Assembly (NCBI RefSeq): GCF_009914755.1
Contig: NC_060930.1
Length of the DNA stretch: 64,000 nucleotides
Reading direction: 5' to 3' (one strand)
Origin: the human T2T-CHM13v2.0 reference genome, Homo sapiens
Part shown: positions 28,246 through 44,769 of the stretch, piece by piece
Layout: the number at the start of each line of letters is the position of its first letter
Position numbering within the stretch: position 1 is the stretch's first letter
The notes under the pieces: generated by a model
Told to the model about the DNA's origin: nothing
The model's database searches: none
The model's input: the letters and a program-made list of their open reading frames with translations, nothing else
Program-made: the position numbers and the translations under genes

Positions 28246-29918
28246 TAAGAGTTTCACACATGTGATCTCATTTTAAGGCTCCTATGAATCCCACAAGACG
28301 AGTATTCTTATCATCCCACTTTTCAGAATAAGAAACTGAGGCAATGGTGAGGTTGGGCAACTTGCCTAAGCTTGCCACAATTGGTAACTGATCTTGGGGC
28401 TCAGTTTTAACTCCGAGCTCTTTCTCCTGCACGTGTCAGGGGTGTTCTGCTCCTGAGATGTGAGGCGGGAGGTCTCTTGGGCTCACAACTCCCTTTGGCA
28501 GAGCAGCCCAGAAATTCCCCCAAGGGCAGAAGACAGCACAGCTTTGAGTGCAGTCACTCCTGGGTCATGCAGGTTGGCTCTGAGGATGGTTTTGGGCATA
28601 TGGAGAGTCACAGGGAGGCATGTTTGCACTTACTGGGACTATCCAGAAGGCAGGCTGCATTCCTGCAAGATTCCTATACATTTCTGATAGGAGGGAAATG
28701 GGAAGAAGCTTTCGGCCTGATTTCTCTAAAATCATCTTAGCTCCACTGAGACATCCCATTCTCTAGGCCCCAGAAGCTCCACTCTCTGGCACAAATCCAG
28801 GCCCTGCAGGGTCTGAATCATCACATCTCTGGCCTTTCGCAGACGGCATTTCCACAGATATTTCCAGGCTGGAAAACTCCTTACTGAGTTTCAACACTCC
28901 CAGGCTCCCACTGAGGAATAGGCGTTAAGCTGGCAGCCCCCGCTCAGTGCACTTGACTTTGGGAGCCACATAAATAGGAGGGGTTTACATGGGTTTGCAG
29001 CTTGGCAGCAGTAACAGTTTGATGTTGAATATTCATGCAATTTGTTCATTGTCCCCGGATTAGCCACTAATAGCGTCAAGACAATCTGGCCAGGCCAAGC
29101 TCGGTTTTTCACTAGGTTTCTGGGGTCTAGAGTTTGTAAATTACTTGACAAATCCTTTGCTTTGCCAATTCTACACTAAGAAAAGGAAGCCAGCTGACAT
29201 CGGAAATGCAGGGGGTTAAATGCTGCCTTCTTCAGTGTCCAGTTCAATATTAGGGCATTAGGAAGAAAAATTAAGAATTCTTTTTTCCTTATAAAATTTC
29301 AAGGTAAATTGAAATTTTACCGTGCGTAAAACCCTCACTAGCAATGCATGAACCAGGGTCTCAGATGGCATTGGTGAAGTGTAAAGAGGAACCCCAAGCA
29401 GATGAGCCTAAAGAGAAATCAGACAAGGCTTGGTTTGTTTTGGGTCTTGAGTTTCAGCTCCACTTCTGTCCTCAAGGCCCATTTCCTAGCCTGGTGTGGG
29501 GTGGTTGCATGTGGGCTTGAGAGTTCAACTGCCCAAGTTTGCAGCTCTGCCCTGTCTCTTATTAGTTGTGTATTGGTACCCTATTTTGGGCACATTAACT
29601 ATTCTGCACCTCAGTTTTTCTATCAGTAAAAAGGGACAACAGATTCTAATCAAAATCCCAGGGAGGCTATTGCTTTTTAATTTCGTGAAACTTAGGCGGA
29701 TTCTCAAATTTATATGCAAACGCCAAAATAAGAATAGTCAAGGCATCCTCTGAAGAAGAAGGTGAGAAGTGCTCGAGTTGTTAAATAATTTAACTGACTT
29801 TAGAATGAGGGCTGATGATTAAAAGAAACGTGGCTGAATTATGTAGGGGTGTGTCTGGAGGACAAATGTGTGACATACGTCTTAAGTTCATTCCAGATAG
29901 ACGTTTTGGGGACCCATC

Positions 29919-30334
29919 TGGATTAGTCCATTCTCGCACTGCTATAAAGAAATACCTGAGACTGGACAATTTATAAAGAAAAGAGGTTTAATTGGCTCAT
30001 GGTTCTGCAGGCTGTACAGAAAGCACAGTGGCTTCTGATTCTGGGGAGGCCTCAGGAAGCTTTTACTCATGGCGGAAGGCAAAGGGGGAGCGGGCATCTT
30101 ACAAGGCAGGAGGAAGAGCGAGAGAGAGAGAAGGGGGAGGTGCCACACACTTTTAAACAACCAAATCTCAAGAGAACTCACTCATTATACGGTACCAAGG
30201 GGGTACAGTGCTAAACCATTCATGAGAACTCCGCCCCCGTGATCCAATCAGCTCCCACCAGGTCCCACCTCCAGTGCTGGGGATTACAAATTCAACGTGA
30301 GACTTGGGCAGGGACACAGATACAAACCATATCA
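29919..30334 (-). mobile_element. MSTA-type MaLR solo LTR, same orientation as AGPAT4
   Basis: ttagtccattctcgcactgctataaagaaatacctgagactgg...gggacacagatacaaaccatatCA. Confidence 0.88.
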
Positions 30335-31024
30335 GCTTCTTTCCCATCTTGAATAAAACAGCACTTTCTCTTCTAACGTGGCAATTAGCCAATTTCATGT
30401 CATGCCGAGGAAAGATGGTATAAATATCTGGCCAGCGATGAAAATAGCTGGAGAGAAACATTTTAAAAATACTTTGCCTAGTTCCCTTTTAGCTTTGCAA
30501 GTACCTAGAATGTGACGGAAAGAGTCTTTCCAGCAAATCCACTTCAGTGGCTTATTATATGAGGCAAGAATATGACAAAGAACTTATGCTGTTTCTGAGC
30601 ATATCAGAGCGCTACTTACAGAGTTTCTAAATCAACAGAGAACTAGGAAGCTGCTGCTATGCCATATTTCTGCGAAAAAAAAAAAGATGTTTCTTACTAT
30701 CAAGGCCAAAAATGATGAACTCGTGTGCTTGACAAAGTAAAGATGATGTATTGCCTTTTTCTGGGTTTTGGTACTCATGAAATGAAACAGCAGGTGTTTT
30801 CCCATCAGTGAGCTCAGAAGCAGCGTTTAACCTTTACTTTTTCCTGAAATTCACCCCATGACCTTGAGACACCCTAGGGATGGGAGTGCAGGAGGCCAAA
30901 TTCTACTGGGAATTCTCTTTCAACAGGTTCACACAAAGAAATCTGGCCACAGAGGCTGGCACGGTTACCTCTGGGGGCAGACAAGTGACCCGATGAGGGC
31001 TTAAAGCAGTAAAAGGAAAGGGGA

Positions 31025-31427
<403 letters not shown>

Positions 31428-31479
31428 TTAAATCATACAGAATAGGAAAAATGCCAGGAAACCATATCCGGATACATTA

Positions 31480-31830
31480 TTGGAATTTTCCAGAAGGCCG
31501 CATCTGACCCATGAGCTCAATATGCATCACCTGAAAATGACTGCACCAGCGTTTAAAACATAGACAAAAAGCAGTTGTCACTAGGAATCACAACAGGTTC
31601 AAGGAGACATAATCTAATCCAAATTACCTTTATTTCCCAGGCCACTGGTAGATTAGTAGATATTGAATTTAGCCAATCATTTGGCAAAGTCTCTGGCAGT
31701 CCTCAAGGGCACATATTGAAAAAGTGTTGGCTATGAGTCTGTGTGAAAGGAGTTCATGGCTATTTGAGAAAGTAGGTAACCATCATTAACATTAGCAAGG
31801 TTTCTTACTGAATACCAGAAGAAGTCTCCT
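31480..31830 (+). mobile_element. L3/CR1 reverse-transcriptase relic
   Basis: gcagttgtcactaggaatcacaacaggttca...gaatttagccaatcatttggcaaagtctct resembles decayed CR1 RT (QHGF...DFSKAFD region). Confidence 0.5.
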
Positions 31831-32104
31831 TCAGCACCACTTGGATGTAAAAACTGAGTCATTCGTATAAGGATGGGAGAGACAAAGGGGGTTAAATACA
31901 TAGGGGATGTTGACTATAAGCCAACAGTGTACCAAAGGAGTTAAGTCAGCCAGTATAGACCTTTAGAGAATATTAGAATACACTGAGTGGGAAAAGTTCA
32001 CAAAGAAGTATAATTCTTAACTGTAAAATAATAATGTGTGCATATATGTCATTCATACCTAAATCTATTACTATATCTATAACTATCTATTAATAGTGGC
32101 TAAA

Positions 32105-32300
32105 TGTTGGCAGAAGGATTATGGCTGATCTCCTTTTCTTCTCTGTGTTTTATCATCCTTTTTTACGACGAGAATGAAATCCACCCCATTCTGAGCACAG
32201 AACTGGACAGACTCCATTTCCCAGCCCCCGTGAAGGTTAGGTGTGGGCAGATGATGGGCATATGCCACAAAAGTGAGATGCCTGCAAGTCTCTGAGGGAG
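32105..32300 (+). mobile_element. Old MLT1 (J/K-like) LTR fragment
   Basis: gactccatttcccagcccccgtgaaggttaggtgtggg motif. Confidence 0.5.
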
Positions 32301-32457
32301 AAAGTTTACACTGCTTGCTAACTTGAGGAGGGACCACAGGGTTGGCATGCTCTATTAAAGTCAGCAGAAAGGTGATCAACCAAAGCACCAGACAAGAGAA
32401 ATTCTGAAATGTGCAGGCAACGCGAGACCACCTGGAAGCCAAGCACTGCTGTGTGTT

Positions 32458-32501
32458 GGGGGGCTGGGGGTGGGGGGGTAATGGGGGGGTTGGGGGGCGG
32501 G
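32458..32501 (+). other. Potential G-quadruplex
   Basis: G-runs of 6, 5, 7, 7, 6 and 3 with 1-4 nt loops. Confidence 0.75.
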
Positions 32502-33054
32502 AGGCAGAATGCAGCATAGTTGTTGGAGCTTCCGCTGTGGAGAGGGCACTGAGAGTCAGGCAGTCTGGCTACAAATCCAGGCCTGGCCACTTTACAGCTA
32601 TGGAAGTTGATTAACTTACTTGGCCCTCACTTTCCTCGTGTGTAAAATCAGAGCAATAACTTCAGCATGAGGTGGCTGCAAGGAGCAAGTATAGTAAAGC
32701 ATTGGAAACACTTGCCAGGATGCCTGGAACGGGGAAAACCCCAAGTAATGGGGGATTTTTCTATCATTTGCAAGAAGGCAAAGAAGGAGCAGCTAAGACA
32801 GATGACTTCGTCTCTCCTGGGAAAGCCAATGAGATGGTCGTCAACTCAGTTTTCCTTCTCTACCTATCTAGATCAAGACATTGTCTTTAATTTACCTGTA
32901 ATGTGTTAAAGCATCCTCCCCCATATGTTTTCATTCTAACCTATACTTTTCTGCTAGTGACTCAGAAATGGGAAATAATGCAGTCACAAGCACTCACGTG
33001 TACTTTACCTTCCTTAACTATGTAATCTTCCCAAAGCGTGGGATGGAGATGAGG

Positions 33055-33430
33055 TGATAGGGTTTGGCTGTGTCTCCACCCAAATCTTACCTTGAATTGT
33101 AGTTCCCATAATCTCCACATGTCGTGGGAGGGAACCAGTGGGAGGTAACTGAATCATGGGAGTGGTTACCCTGATGCTGTTCTTGTGATCGTGAGTTCTC
33201 ATAAGATCTGATGGTTTCATAAGGGGCTTTTCACCCTTTTGCTTGGTGCTTCTCCTTCCTGTCAGCATGTGAAGAAGGTTGCGTTTGCTTCCCCTTCTGC
33301 CATGATTGTAAGTTTCCTGAGGCCTCTCCAGCCCTGCAGAACTGTGAGTCAATTAAACCTCTTTCCTTTATAAATTACCCAGTCTCGAGTATGTCTTTAT
33401 TAGCTGTGTGAGAATAGACTAATTAATACA
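33055..33430 (+). mobile_element. THE1C-type MaLR solo LTR
   Basis: TGATAGGGTTTGGCTGTGTCTCCACCCAAATC...attaaacctctttcctttataaattacccagtctc...taataCA; no TSD recognisable. Confidence 0.9.
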
Positions 33431-34622
33431 CATAAGAATATGTTAAAGTGCAAGCGAGACAAACGCTCTCACTCTAGCACTGAATTTCTCAGGTACCATT
33501 TCTACCATGAAGTTCTACAGACACAGACAGCCAGGCATACACACTCCAGCACAGCGTTTGGTCGATGGGACTGCTGAAGTGAGTTATGTACGGTGTAAGG
33601 CAGATGGTACCATATGCTGCCCAGCCTATGTTGGTGAAAACATAAGCAAATGAAAGAAAACTCAGAATTTCCCCATGAAAGAATCCAAACCGCATCCTTC
33701 TCTATACAGAGAGCTGTCAGTTTAATGCATTAAATTAGGCAACAAGATATCCTTAGTTAAGACTTCATATTCTGTCTTATTCAAAATTCTGAAACTATTA
33801 AATAAGCATGAACTTCAGTCATACTCAGGAAGACAGGCTAAACCTGAAATGGGATTAACTCCGCCACTAGCTGGATTTAAAAGGTATTTATTTGTTTGTT
33901 TTTAATATAGATTCACATTGCAGCACTCAACCAGGTCAGGGTTGTAGAAAAGGCAAAACTTCCTTTCTTCCAAAGAAATCAGTCCAAGAAGAATTGCTGA
34001 AATAATGCTCCTGCCCACTTTAGCATTGTCATTAAAATCTAAACATCTTATTGAAGCTCTTTTGACCTCAAAATCCAGAACATACAAAAAGAGATCAAAG
34101 AAATGAATGCAAATTATTTTATACTACTTTTTACATTCCAAACTAGGCTTTTTGTTTTTAATGATAATACTCCATTCTACAGAGATGAGGTAGAATGGGA
34201 CCCCTAGCCTCAGTGTGAGTACAAATCCATCTTTTTAGTAAGCAATTTCACACACATATTAGGGCCTTAAACAGCTTCATACCACTTAATAGTAAACCAA
34301 TTTCTGGCTATCTTAAGGACAAAATTAACTTTCAGAAAATTCCCTATGTATAAAGATATTCAACCACTACTGTTTCCAATGCCAAAAATTAGAAACAATT
34401 TGTATTTCTGACATAAGGAAACAAAAAACTGAATTATGGAAGACCCACCAAATGGAATAGGTGAAGTGTCACTAAAATAGGTTTGCAGTAAAATGGATAC
34501 ATTTTCATTATGATATTAAGTGACAGGATACAAAATCATGTGGAGAAAATAATCACAACTCTAAAAAAAAAACCGGAAGAAAAGAAAGCCTTACCAAAAC
34601 ACTAACAGCAGATATCTTTGTG

Positions 34623-34625
<3 letters not shown>

Positions 34626-34661
<36 letters not shown>
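34626..34661 (+). repeat. (AC)18 microsatellite
   Basis: Perfect dinucleotide run. Confidence 0.97.
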
Positions 34662-34663
<2 letters not shown>

Positions 34664-35376
34664 AAACAAGTCTGTCCACCTGGAAGCCTGGGCTGGGTTC
34701 AAGACTACAGCTTCAGCATCTTTATCCTTAGGAAGAAACTGACAAGGTGCACTCCAAGATCCCTTCCAAGTCAAACACACGGCTGCCCTCCCAAGGCAAG
34801 CTTTTTCCTCTATGCCACTGCACTCTTCCTGAACAGTGATTAAGCGATCCAGCTCTGCCACTCTTCCCCAACTCCCATCTACAGAGAAGATTCCCAAGTG
34901 GCCCAGGTTAACCAGACAAATAAAAGAAAATAAAAACTTCAGGGACTGGCAAAGAGAGCAGCACAGCTAAAGTGGGGACAGCTGGCAGATTGTTTCTGAA
35001 CCAATATTTCGGTCTCCAGGACACAGAATCCCCAGGTACTGCGGTGCCCACAGAGGAGAGGGGAGTGGATACAGTCCCAGGAGAAAGGAGGGAGCTGGTG
35101 TCCAGCACACACTACATTCAGATTGCCAGCACTCCTTCAGGTCGGATGAATGTGGCCAAAGTCTCCACCAGGGCGGCAACTAACTTGTACAGGTCTGAGG
35201 AACGTGCTCTGTTCTCACTCCTGGCAGACAAGGCTGGGTTCAGTTTTGGCTCCCTTAGAGTTCAGTTGGCCTAATTCCTACAACCAAACAGGAGAGAAAG
35301 TATTCTAGACTGGATTTAACTGTCTTTGGGACGAGCTCTAAGTAACATAGTCCTCAATTAAAAAATAATCATCATC

Positions 35377-35678
<302 letters not shown>

Positions 35679-36074
35679 ATTATCATCATCTAATGGTATG
35701 GCAGAAGCCTATACAAAATTCATGTATTTTAAAATTTCATAGAACAGTCCTTTGTCCAGTACATGATGTCTGTTAAAACAAACCAAACTCTGAAGAAACC
35801 ATAAATCATACTTAACTTTTTCACTATGTCCTCTAATAACTAACCTTTAGTCCCTCTTCAAAGCCCCACTCTTGCATGATAAAAAGTCAGGTCTATGGAA
35901 AAGTGATGCTTCTAAGTTCATATTTAATAGTTGGTTCTGAGTAGCTTGTGAGAGAAAAACAAATTGGCAAGAGCTTTTATACCTAGTCCACAGAAAGCTA
36001 GACTCAGAAGCAAACACAGATGGAAAACCTTGGTAACTTATTCTGTCATGAGAAGTAAGGCAGAAGGAAATTAA

Positions 36075-36465
<391 letters not shown>

Positions 36466-37181
36466 TAACCAGTGCAGCAGCATCAGTATAAAAAATGTTT
36501 AGCATATATTATCCCATTAGTTCTCACAAAAACCCACTATGAAAGGTATTGCCATTCTCACATTATAGATGCGAAAACCGAGGTTTAGTTAGAGGAGGTG
36601 AAGTGTAAAGGGCTAATGGTGAGTAACTGTGGGGGCCCGGCCTGGGCCAGTCTCACGCTTTTAACCAGTCTCACGCTCTTAATGCTGCCTATAAGACAAG
36701 AAGCCCAACATGATAGACTTCATGAACTTCAGCCTTCCGGGACGCCTGGGATTTCAGTCCATGGTCTTGTTTCTGACTGTTGGGGTGCTCATGAGTATTT
36801 AAGCGACTTCCCTTTCACAGTCAGTCCTGGGGAGCCTCAGTGGCACCTTTTCTCCAAGTAGAAGGCCACATCCTCCAAACCCCATCCAGCTCGCCCGCAG
36901 CCTCATGGGGCTGGAGGGTGCAGACCTCAGAGTAGGTACACATTCTGAGGGTGCCAGCTGGCTAGATGCATTTCCAACAACCGAGGGTGTATGAGCTATT
37001 TTAAACAATGCTCAGCAGAGGCATATTTTAAAATTATGCTCAGTCTGTGAAGTCTCCAAAAAATTTTATCAACTCCTGATGAAAAATCCAATATGATAAA
37101 TCCAAACAGAAATGAAAAAAATTAATCTTCCAAACAGGGGAAACGTCCACAACATTATATTCTGGTTAATAAGGAAACCTA

Positions 37182-37539
<358 letters not shown>

Positions 37540-40500
37540 TCATCATCGTCATTGCTGCTACGTGGCTGTGGCTGTCAGCTCAATACTAAGCCTGTGAGGG
37601 CTGGAACGACATGGGAGCTGGGGACAGTGAAGGGGCAGCTCTCCCCTTGGGGTTACCAAAGTAGGGAAATGGCCCAAGACCCGGCCCTGGGCCGGCAGAA
37701 GCAGGCGTGAGGTGGCTGGCATCCCCAGCCGGCACTAAAAACAAAAAGAGAGAGCTTTATTCAGCACCTAAACCACCTCCCACTCTACCCCCACCGTCAC
37801 CAAGGCAACGTGGTCAGGACTGGCAGCTCACGTCAGAGCCTCGGCCATCCTGCGCACTTGGCCCACCACAAGGCTGTGTGCCCAGAGCCTGCAGGAGAGG
37901 CGCTGTTTCCTAGCTGTGCAATCTTGGGTCAGTAGCTTATGCTCTCTGAGCCTCCGGGTCTGTATCTGCTAATGGAGGTGAAATTCCCTGCCTCCCACCG
38001 TGCTGTAACAATTACACACAGGAAGGCAGAGAAACAGCACAACAGCTGCAGGAAGAACCCTCAGTCGAAGCCCCTGCCTCTCTCCCGGGCTGACCGGTCT
38101 CCTCCTTCCCTTGACCCCTTCTCCCTGGCCCCCAACCATCACCAGCTTTTCTTACTCACTTCTCCACTGTGGCTCTCATTATCTGTTTGTTTATTTCAAT
38201 AAGATTTTCCTCAGGTGGACATTTTTAGCCTGACAACCACTCATCTCCAGGGTGACCCTGAGCTGAAGTGACTCCTAAGATCCTCAAAGCCCACTCACAA
38301 GTTTTAATGAAATGATTATGTCCTTATTCCCAGCCCAGAGGAAGGCAGTTCAAAGTCATTGGTTTTGAGGCTCTCTTCCTAATAACAAGTTAACTGTCAA
38401 TTCCCTACATAAATCTCATTGAAGAAATGAGTTGAATACTCGATGTAGGCCTTGTTTCCACCTTGTGGAAGGGAAATAAAAACTGGTATTGAGAAGACCA
38501 AGACCCTCATCACTTTGGTGCTCTCTGAATGTACCTGTGTTTTCCTGATCTCAAACAGACATACAGCGAGGAGCTGACGACACAATTCTAACAAATACAG
38601 AAGACGCAAAGAACAGGTAGGTCACAGTGCCGTCTGCCTCCCGCAAAGAAGCAGGAAGTCTTCCGGGCAGGGGTGAGGATGGGGCTGACACCAACGCAGA
38701 CAGCACGTTCCTACATCACCAGCAAATCATGGCACCAAAGAAGACTTTTTAATAAAATCTGATCTTTAATATTTCAAAATACGACAAAAACAAATAATAA
38801 AAAGCCTTTAAAGTTAAGGTTTATGGCGAAATTTAAAATGTTGGCAGTTTCCTTAAGCTTATTTCATCATTTAGTATTTTCATGTTTAATAACCATTGGG
38901 GAAAGGGTTACAAGCGTAATCTTTTCAGTATTTCAGCACTCTACAACCTTTAAGCTGGCTCCATTATGGCTAAACAAACTCACATTTTGATGCTGTGTGA
39001 GCAGACAGGCCAGGAAACCATGAGGATAATAATACTGAACCACCAAACAGAGATAGCGAACTGCATTCTCTGACATCTCCGATCCAGTAAAGCCGACAAG
39101 GGTGCACACATCTCTCCCTTTGGTCTGGCCTAGCCCACCTACTCTGCCTGGGTCAACTGATCCAGTAAGAGTGATGCCTTCCACCACTTAGCCTAGGATG
39201 AAACACTGTCTTTGGCCCCCTGAGCAAAGCTCCTAATCAGTGAAGGTCACCAACCACAGACAGATGGGCCAAAACCCCAGGCCTGGGGAGTCCCAGTGTC
39301 AGAGACAGGCTATCTCAGAAAACCAAGGAGATGCGAAGTGATAGCAACCAGAGCCAAAGGCCACGTAGCAAAACACGTGGGCATGAGAACTCTCCTGCAA
39401 ATGCTAACTTAATTTCGCACACATGCCTACTAGCAAGCCGTGCACCAACTGGCAACTTATTTTGCAGTGGCCTATGCCAACCAGGGTAGAAACCTCCTTG
39501 GGAATCGAGAAATTGCGACTCTATTCATGGTGGAATAAATAAATGCAGCAGGGGAGGTAGCCAGTATTTAGAGTCAGGGGACCTGAGTGTGATTCTTGAT
39601 CGTTGATCCTCATCCCTTTGGTCACGTCACCTCTGCCGTGCTCAGCTTCCTCCTTTGTCAACAGGACGTACTGACATACACGCCGGCCCCACAGGGGTGA
39701 TGGGAGACTTCAGGAGGTGATGGATGTGGAAGCCTTCTGCAGGGCAGATGCTTAGGCATTGGATATCAGTCCCAGTTTTATGGTTCTGGAAAATGGGAAA
39801 TGGGGCCACTTGTGCACGTGCCTTTAACCACAGTGCTTCTGATTCATGGAAACTAACGTGGCATTAAGCACCCTAGAGGGATCGCCAGGAGTAGAGCTCA
39901 GAGGAAGCACTCTGCTGCCTCTATAGTGGCCACAGGAGCTTACTTTTTGTGGGGTGGTTCAGCGAGGGGCTGCTCAGGGGAGCAGTTTAGGGGGACACAA
40001 GCAAGTGGCCGTTCATTTTCTTCTGCATCTCAGATACCAGAAACTGGGCTCTTTTCTCTTTGGTAGGCCCCTCCCTCTCCTACTCACTGTCCGTGAAGTG
40101 CCCTCAATCCTTGAGTTCTTGGAGATCCTGTCATTGCCAATCCTAGTTTCTGGTAAGGAGTGCGAGGAAGGCGGGAGAATCAATATGGCTGGATTTTAAA
40201 TCTCTCATTTCTTTGATTTTCATAAAGGATGCCAAATGAACCCAGGCAACTTCCCCAGTTTGATTCATGCATAATGGACCTGAAGAGAGACTTATTAGAA
40301 AACAAATGCACTTAAATGCTTTTCTGACATGAATCATTTATTGAAGACAGAATTGCTGGCTTCGAGTGCCCAAACTAAGTTGACATGCAGTATCCTTGTT
40401 TCTAGATAGCTCTGAAAAATGGCCACAAGAATACTGAAGTACTTGGATATGAAGGATGCCTTTGAGGGCATTACAGACTGGCTATTCCTAGAAAAGTTTC

Positions 40501-40769
40501 ATTAGCAGCAGCAGTGATCAAACATGTGTCAGGGCCTTCTCTCTCTTCTTACTTCAGTCATCAAGCTCAGAGCAAAAGATGCTTGGAGAAGTGATGAGGT
40601 TCTTTCCAACTTTTAAGCAGAATCCAGGACAGAGTTGTTTAATTCACGCATACATTCATTCGTCCACTGAGAAGTATATTCATTCATTAGGTTCCCATCC
40701 AAGGAGCTACCCGTTCATTCATTCAGCTAAAAATTCATTGATTCATATTTAAGTTCTACTATATACTAA

Positions 40770-41057
<288 letters not shown>

Positions 41058-42093
41058 TAGCACAGGGGATTCTTACAGAGCCCCTTGCTAGGTTTTAAGT
41101 GGTAAGTACCATGCCCAATAAACTAAAGCACTTACTGAGTAATATACCCTGGGCCGGGATGACTTCCACCCCTTCCACTTCTTACAGAACAGATGCTCAA
41201 TAAATACTGATTCCATCTGAGTCTCTAGATGACCTAACATAATTTAATTTTCATAGTGGTAACACTGAACTGTCAAAGACAAAGCAAAAGTAAGAGCATA
41301 AACTGATAAAGTCCTGGGCTTCTTTCCCATTAACATTAAACACAGGGCAGATGACACACCAAGTTATTCTCCCTGCAAAATCCACGCAGATGAACCCACA
41401 AGATTGCTCTCCATACCTTTACATGCTGTAAGCAGCCAAGTTGAGTCCTCTTCCTACCAGCACTGAAACTGCATGAGGCTATATGTTAAACTGACATGAA
41501 ATTACTCAAATAAAAGCAAATTACCTGCGGAATCCCCTGTAGAGGAGGAACTCAGATGTCGGTTGAGGAACACAGAGGTGACTTTTTTTAAAACAAAGAA
41601 TCTTCTGTTAAAACACAAATCCAGTGAAACTAAAGGAAATTATACTAGCCGTGTAAATCACTTAGGCAAAGCCAGGAATTTCTTGAAAGGTAAAGTCACT
41701 CCATTATAACAGTAATTCATTATACAAAATGCATACAATTCTAAAATGCAGACATTTTACCACCTAGAACAGCTATTGACAACATTTTGATTTGTTTTCT
41801 TCTATTCTTTGGCGAATGCATAAAGCTTTCCCCTCCCCTTTGCTAGATAAAACCATTTCAGAGGCTTTTTTTATTTTTAAATATATAGTAGTTGAACTCC
41901 TTCATGTTAAAAACTCTCAATAAAGTAAGTATTGAAGGAACGTTCCTTAAAATAATAAGAGCCATCTATGACAAACCCACAGCCAACACATCATACTGAA
42001 TGGGCAAAAGCCGGAAGCATTCCCCCTGAAAACTGGCACAAAACAAGGATGCCCTCTCTCACCACGCCTATTCAACATAGTATTAGAAGTCCT

Positions 42094-42533
<440 letters not shown>

Positions 42534-42684
42534 TCAAGCTGATAAACAACTTCAGCAAAGTCTCAGGACACAAAATCAATGAACAAAATTCAGTAGCATT
42601 CCTATACACCAACAATAGACAAGCCAAGAACAAAATCAGCAACAAACTCCTATTCACAACTGCCACAAAAAAGAATAAAATACT

Positions 42685-43018
<334 letters not shown>

Positions 43019-44769
43019 CTACAAGGAGAACTACAAAACACTGCTCAAAGAAATCAGAGATGACACAACGAATGAAGAAATATTCCATACTCGTGGATAG
43101 GAAGAATCAATATCGTTAAAGTGTGCATACTGCCCAAAGTAATTTACAGATTCAATGCTATTCCTATTAAACTACCAATGACATTCTTCACAGTACTATT
43201 AATAGAAAAAACTATTTTAAAATTCATATGGAACCAAAAAAGAGCCTGAATAGCCTAAGCAAAAAGAACAAAGCTGGAGGCATCACACTATCTGATTTCA
43301 AACTATACTACAGGGCTACAGTAACCAAATGGGCATGGTACTGAACAAAAACAGACACATAGACCAATGGAACAGAATAGAGAGCCCAGAAATAAGGCCA
43401 CACACCTACAACTATCTTATCTTCAACAAAGCTGACAAAAACAAGCAATGGGGAAAGGACTCCCTATTCAATAAACAGTGCTGGGATAACTGGCTAGCTA
43501 TATGCAGAAGATTGAAACTGGACACCTTCCTTATGCCATATACAAAAATTAACCCAAGATGGACTAAAGACTTAAGTGTAAAATCCAAAACTATAAAAAC
43601 CCTGGAAGATGACCTAAGCAATACCATTCTGGACATAGGAATGGGCAAAGATTTCATGACGAACACACCAAAGCAATTGCAACAAAAGCAAAAATTGACA
43701 AATGGGATGTAATTAAACTAAAGAGCTTCTACACAGCAAAGGAAACTATCAACTAAGTGAACAGACAACCTACAGAATGGGATGATATATTTGCAAACTA
43801 TGCATCTGACAAAGGCCTAAAATCCAGCATCCATAAGGAACTTAAATAAATTTACGAGAAAAAACACACAACCCCATTAAAAAGTGGGCAAAGGACATGA
43901 ACAGACACTTTTCAGAAGACATACATGAGGCCAGCAAACACATGAAAAAAAGCTCAACATCATGATCATTAGAGAAATGCAAATCAAAAACACAGTGAGA
44001 TAGCATCTCACACCAGTCAGAATGGCTATTATTTAAAAGTCAAAAAATAACACATGCTGGTGAGGTTGCAGAGAAAAAGGAACACATACACCATTGGTGG
44101 GAGTGTAAGTTAGTTCAACCATTGTGGAAAACAGTGTCGCAATTCCTCAAAGACCTAAAAACAGAAATATCATTCGACCCAGCAATCCCATTACTGGTTA
44201 TACACCCAAAGGAATATAAATCGTTCTATCATAAAGACACATGCACGCTTATGTTCATTGCAGTACTACTGCAGCTATTCACAGCTATTCACTATTGCAG
44301 CTATTCACAATAGCAAAGACATGAAATCAACCTCAATGCCCATCAATAGTAGACTGGATAAAGGAAATGTGGTACATATATACTGTGGAATATTATGCAA
44401 CTATAAAAAATGAGATCATGGCCTTTGCAGCAACATGGATGGAGCTGGGGGCCATTATCCTTAGCAAACTAATGCAGAAACAGAAAACCAAACACCACGT
44501 GTTTTCACTTACAAGTGGGAACTAAATGATGAGAACACATGGACACATTGAGGGGAACAATACACACTGAGGCCTATCAGATGGTGGAGGGTGGGAGTAG
44601 GGAGAGGATCAGGAAAAATAACTAAGAGGTAGTAGCTTTAATACCTGGTGACAAAATAATCTGTACAAGAAGCCCCATGACACAAGTTTACCTATATAAC
44701 AAACCTGCACATGTATCCCTGAACTTAAAATAAAAGTTAAAAATAAATATACAGTAGTTGAGATTTTAT

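Noticed and set aside
43329-44313. L1 ORF2-like peptides
   Set aside because: Fragments of a truncated, frameshifted, Alu-interrupted L1; not functional.
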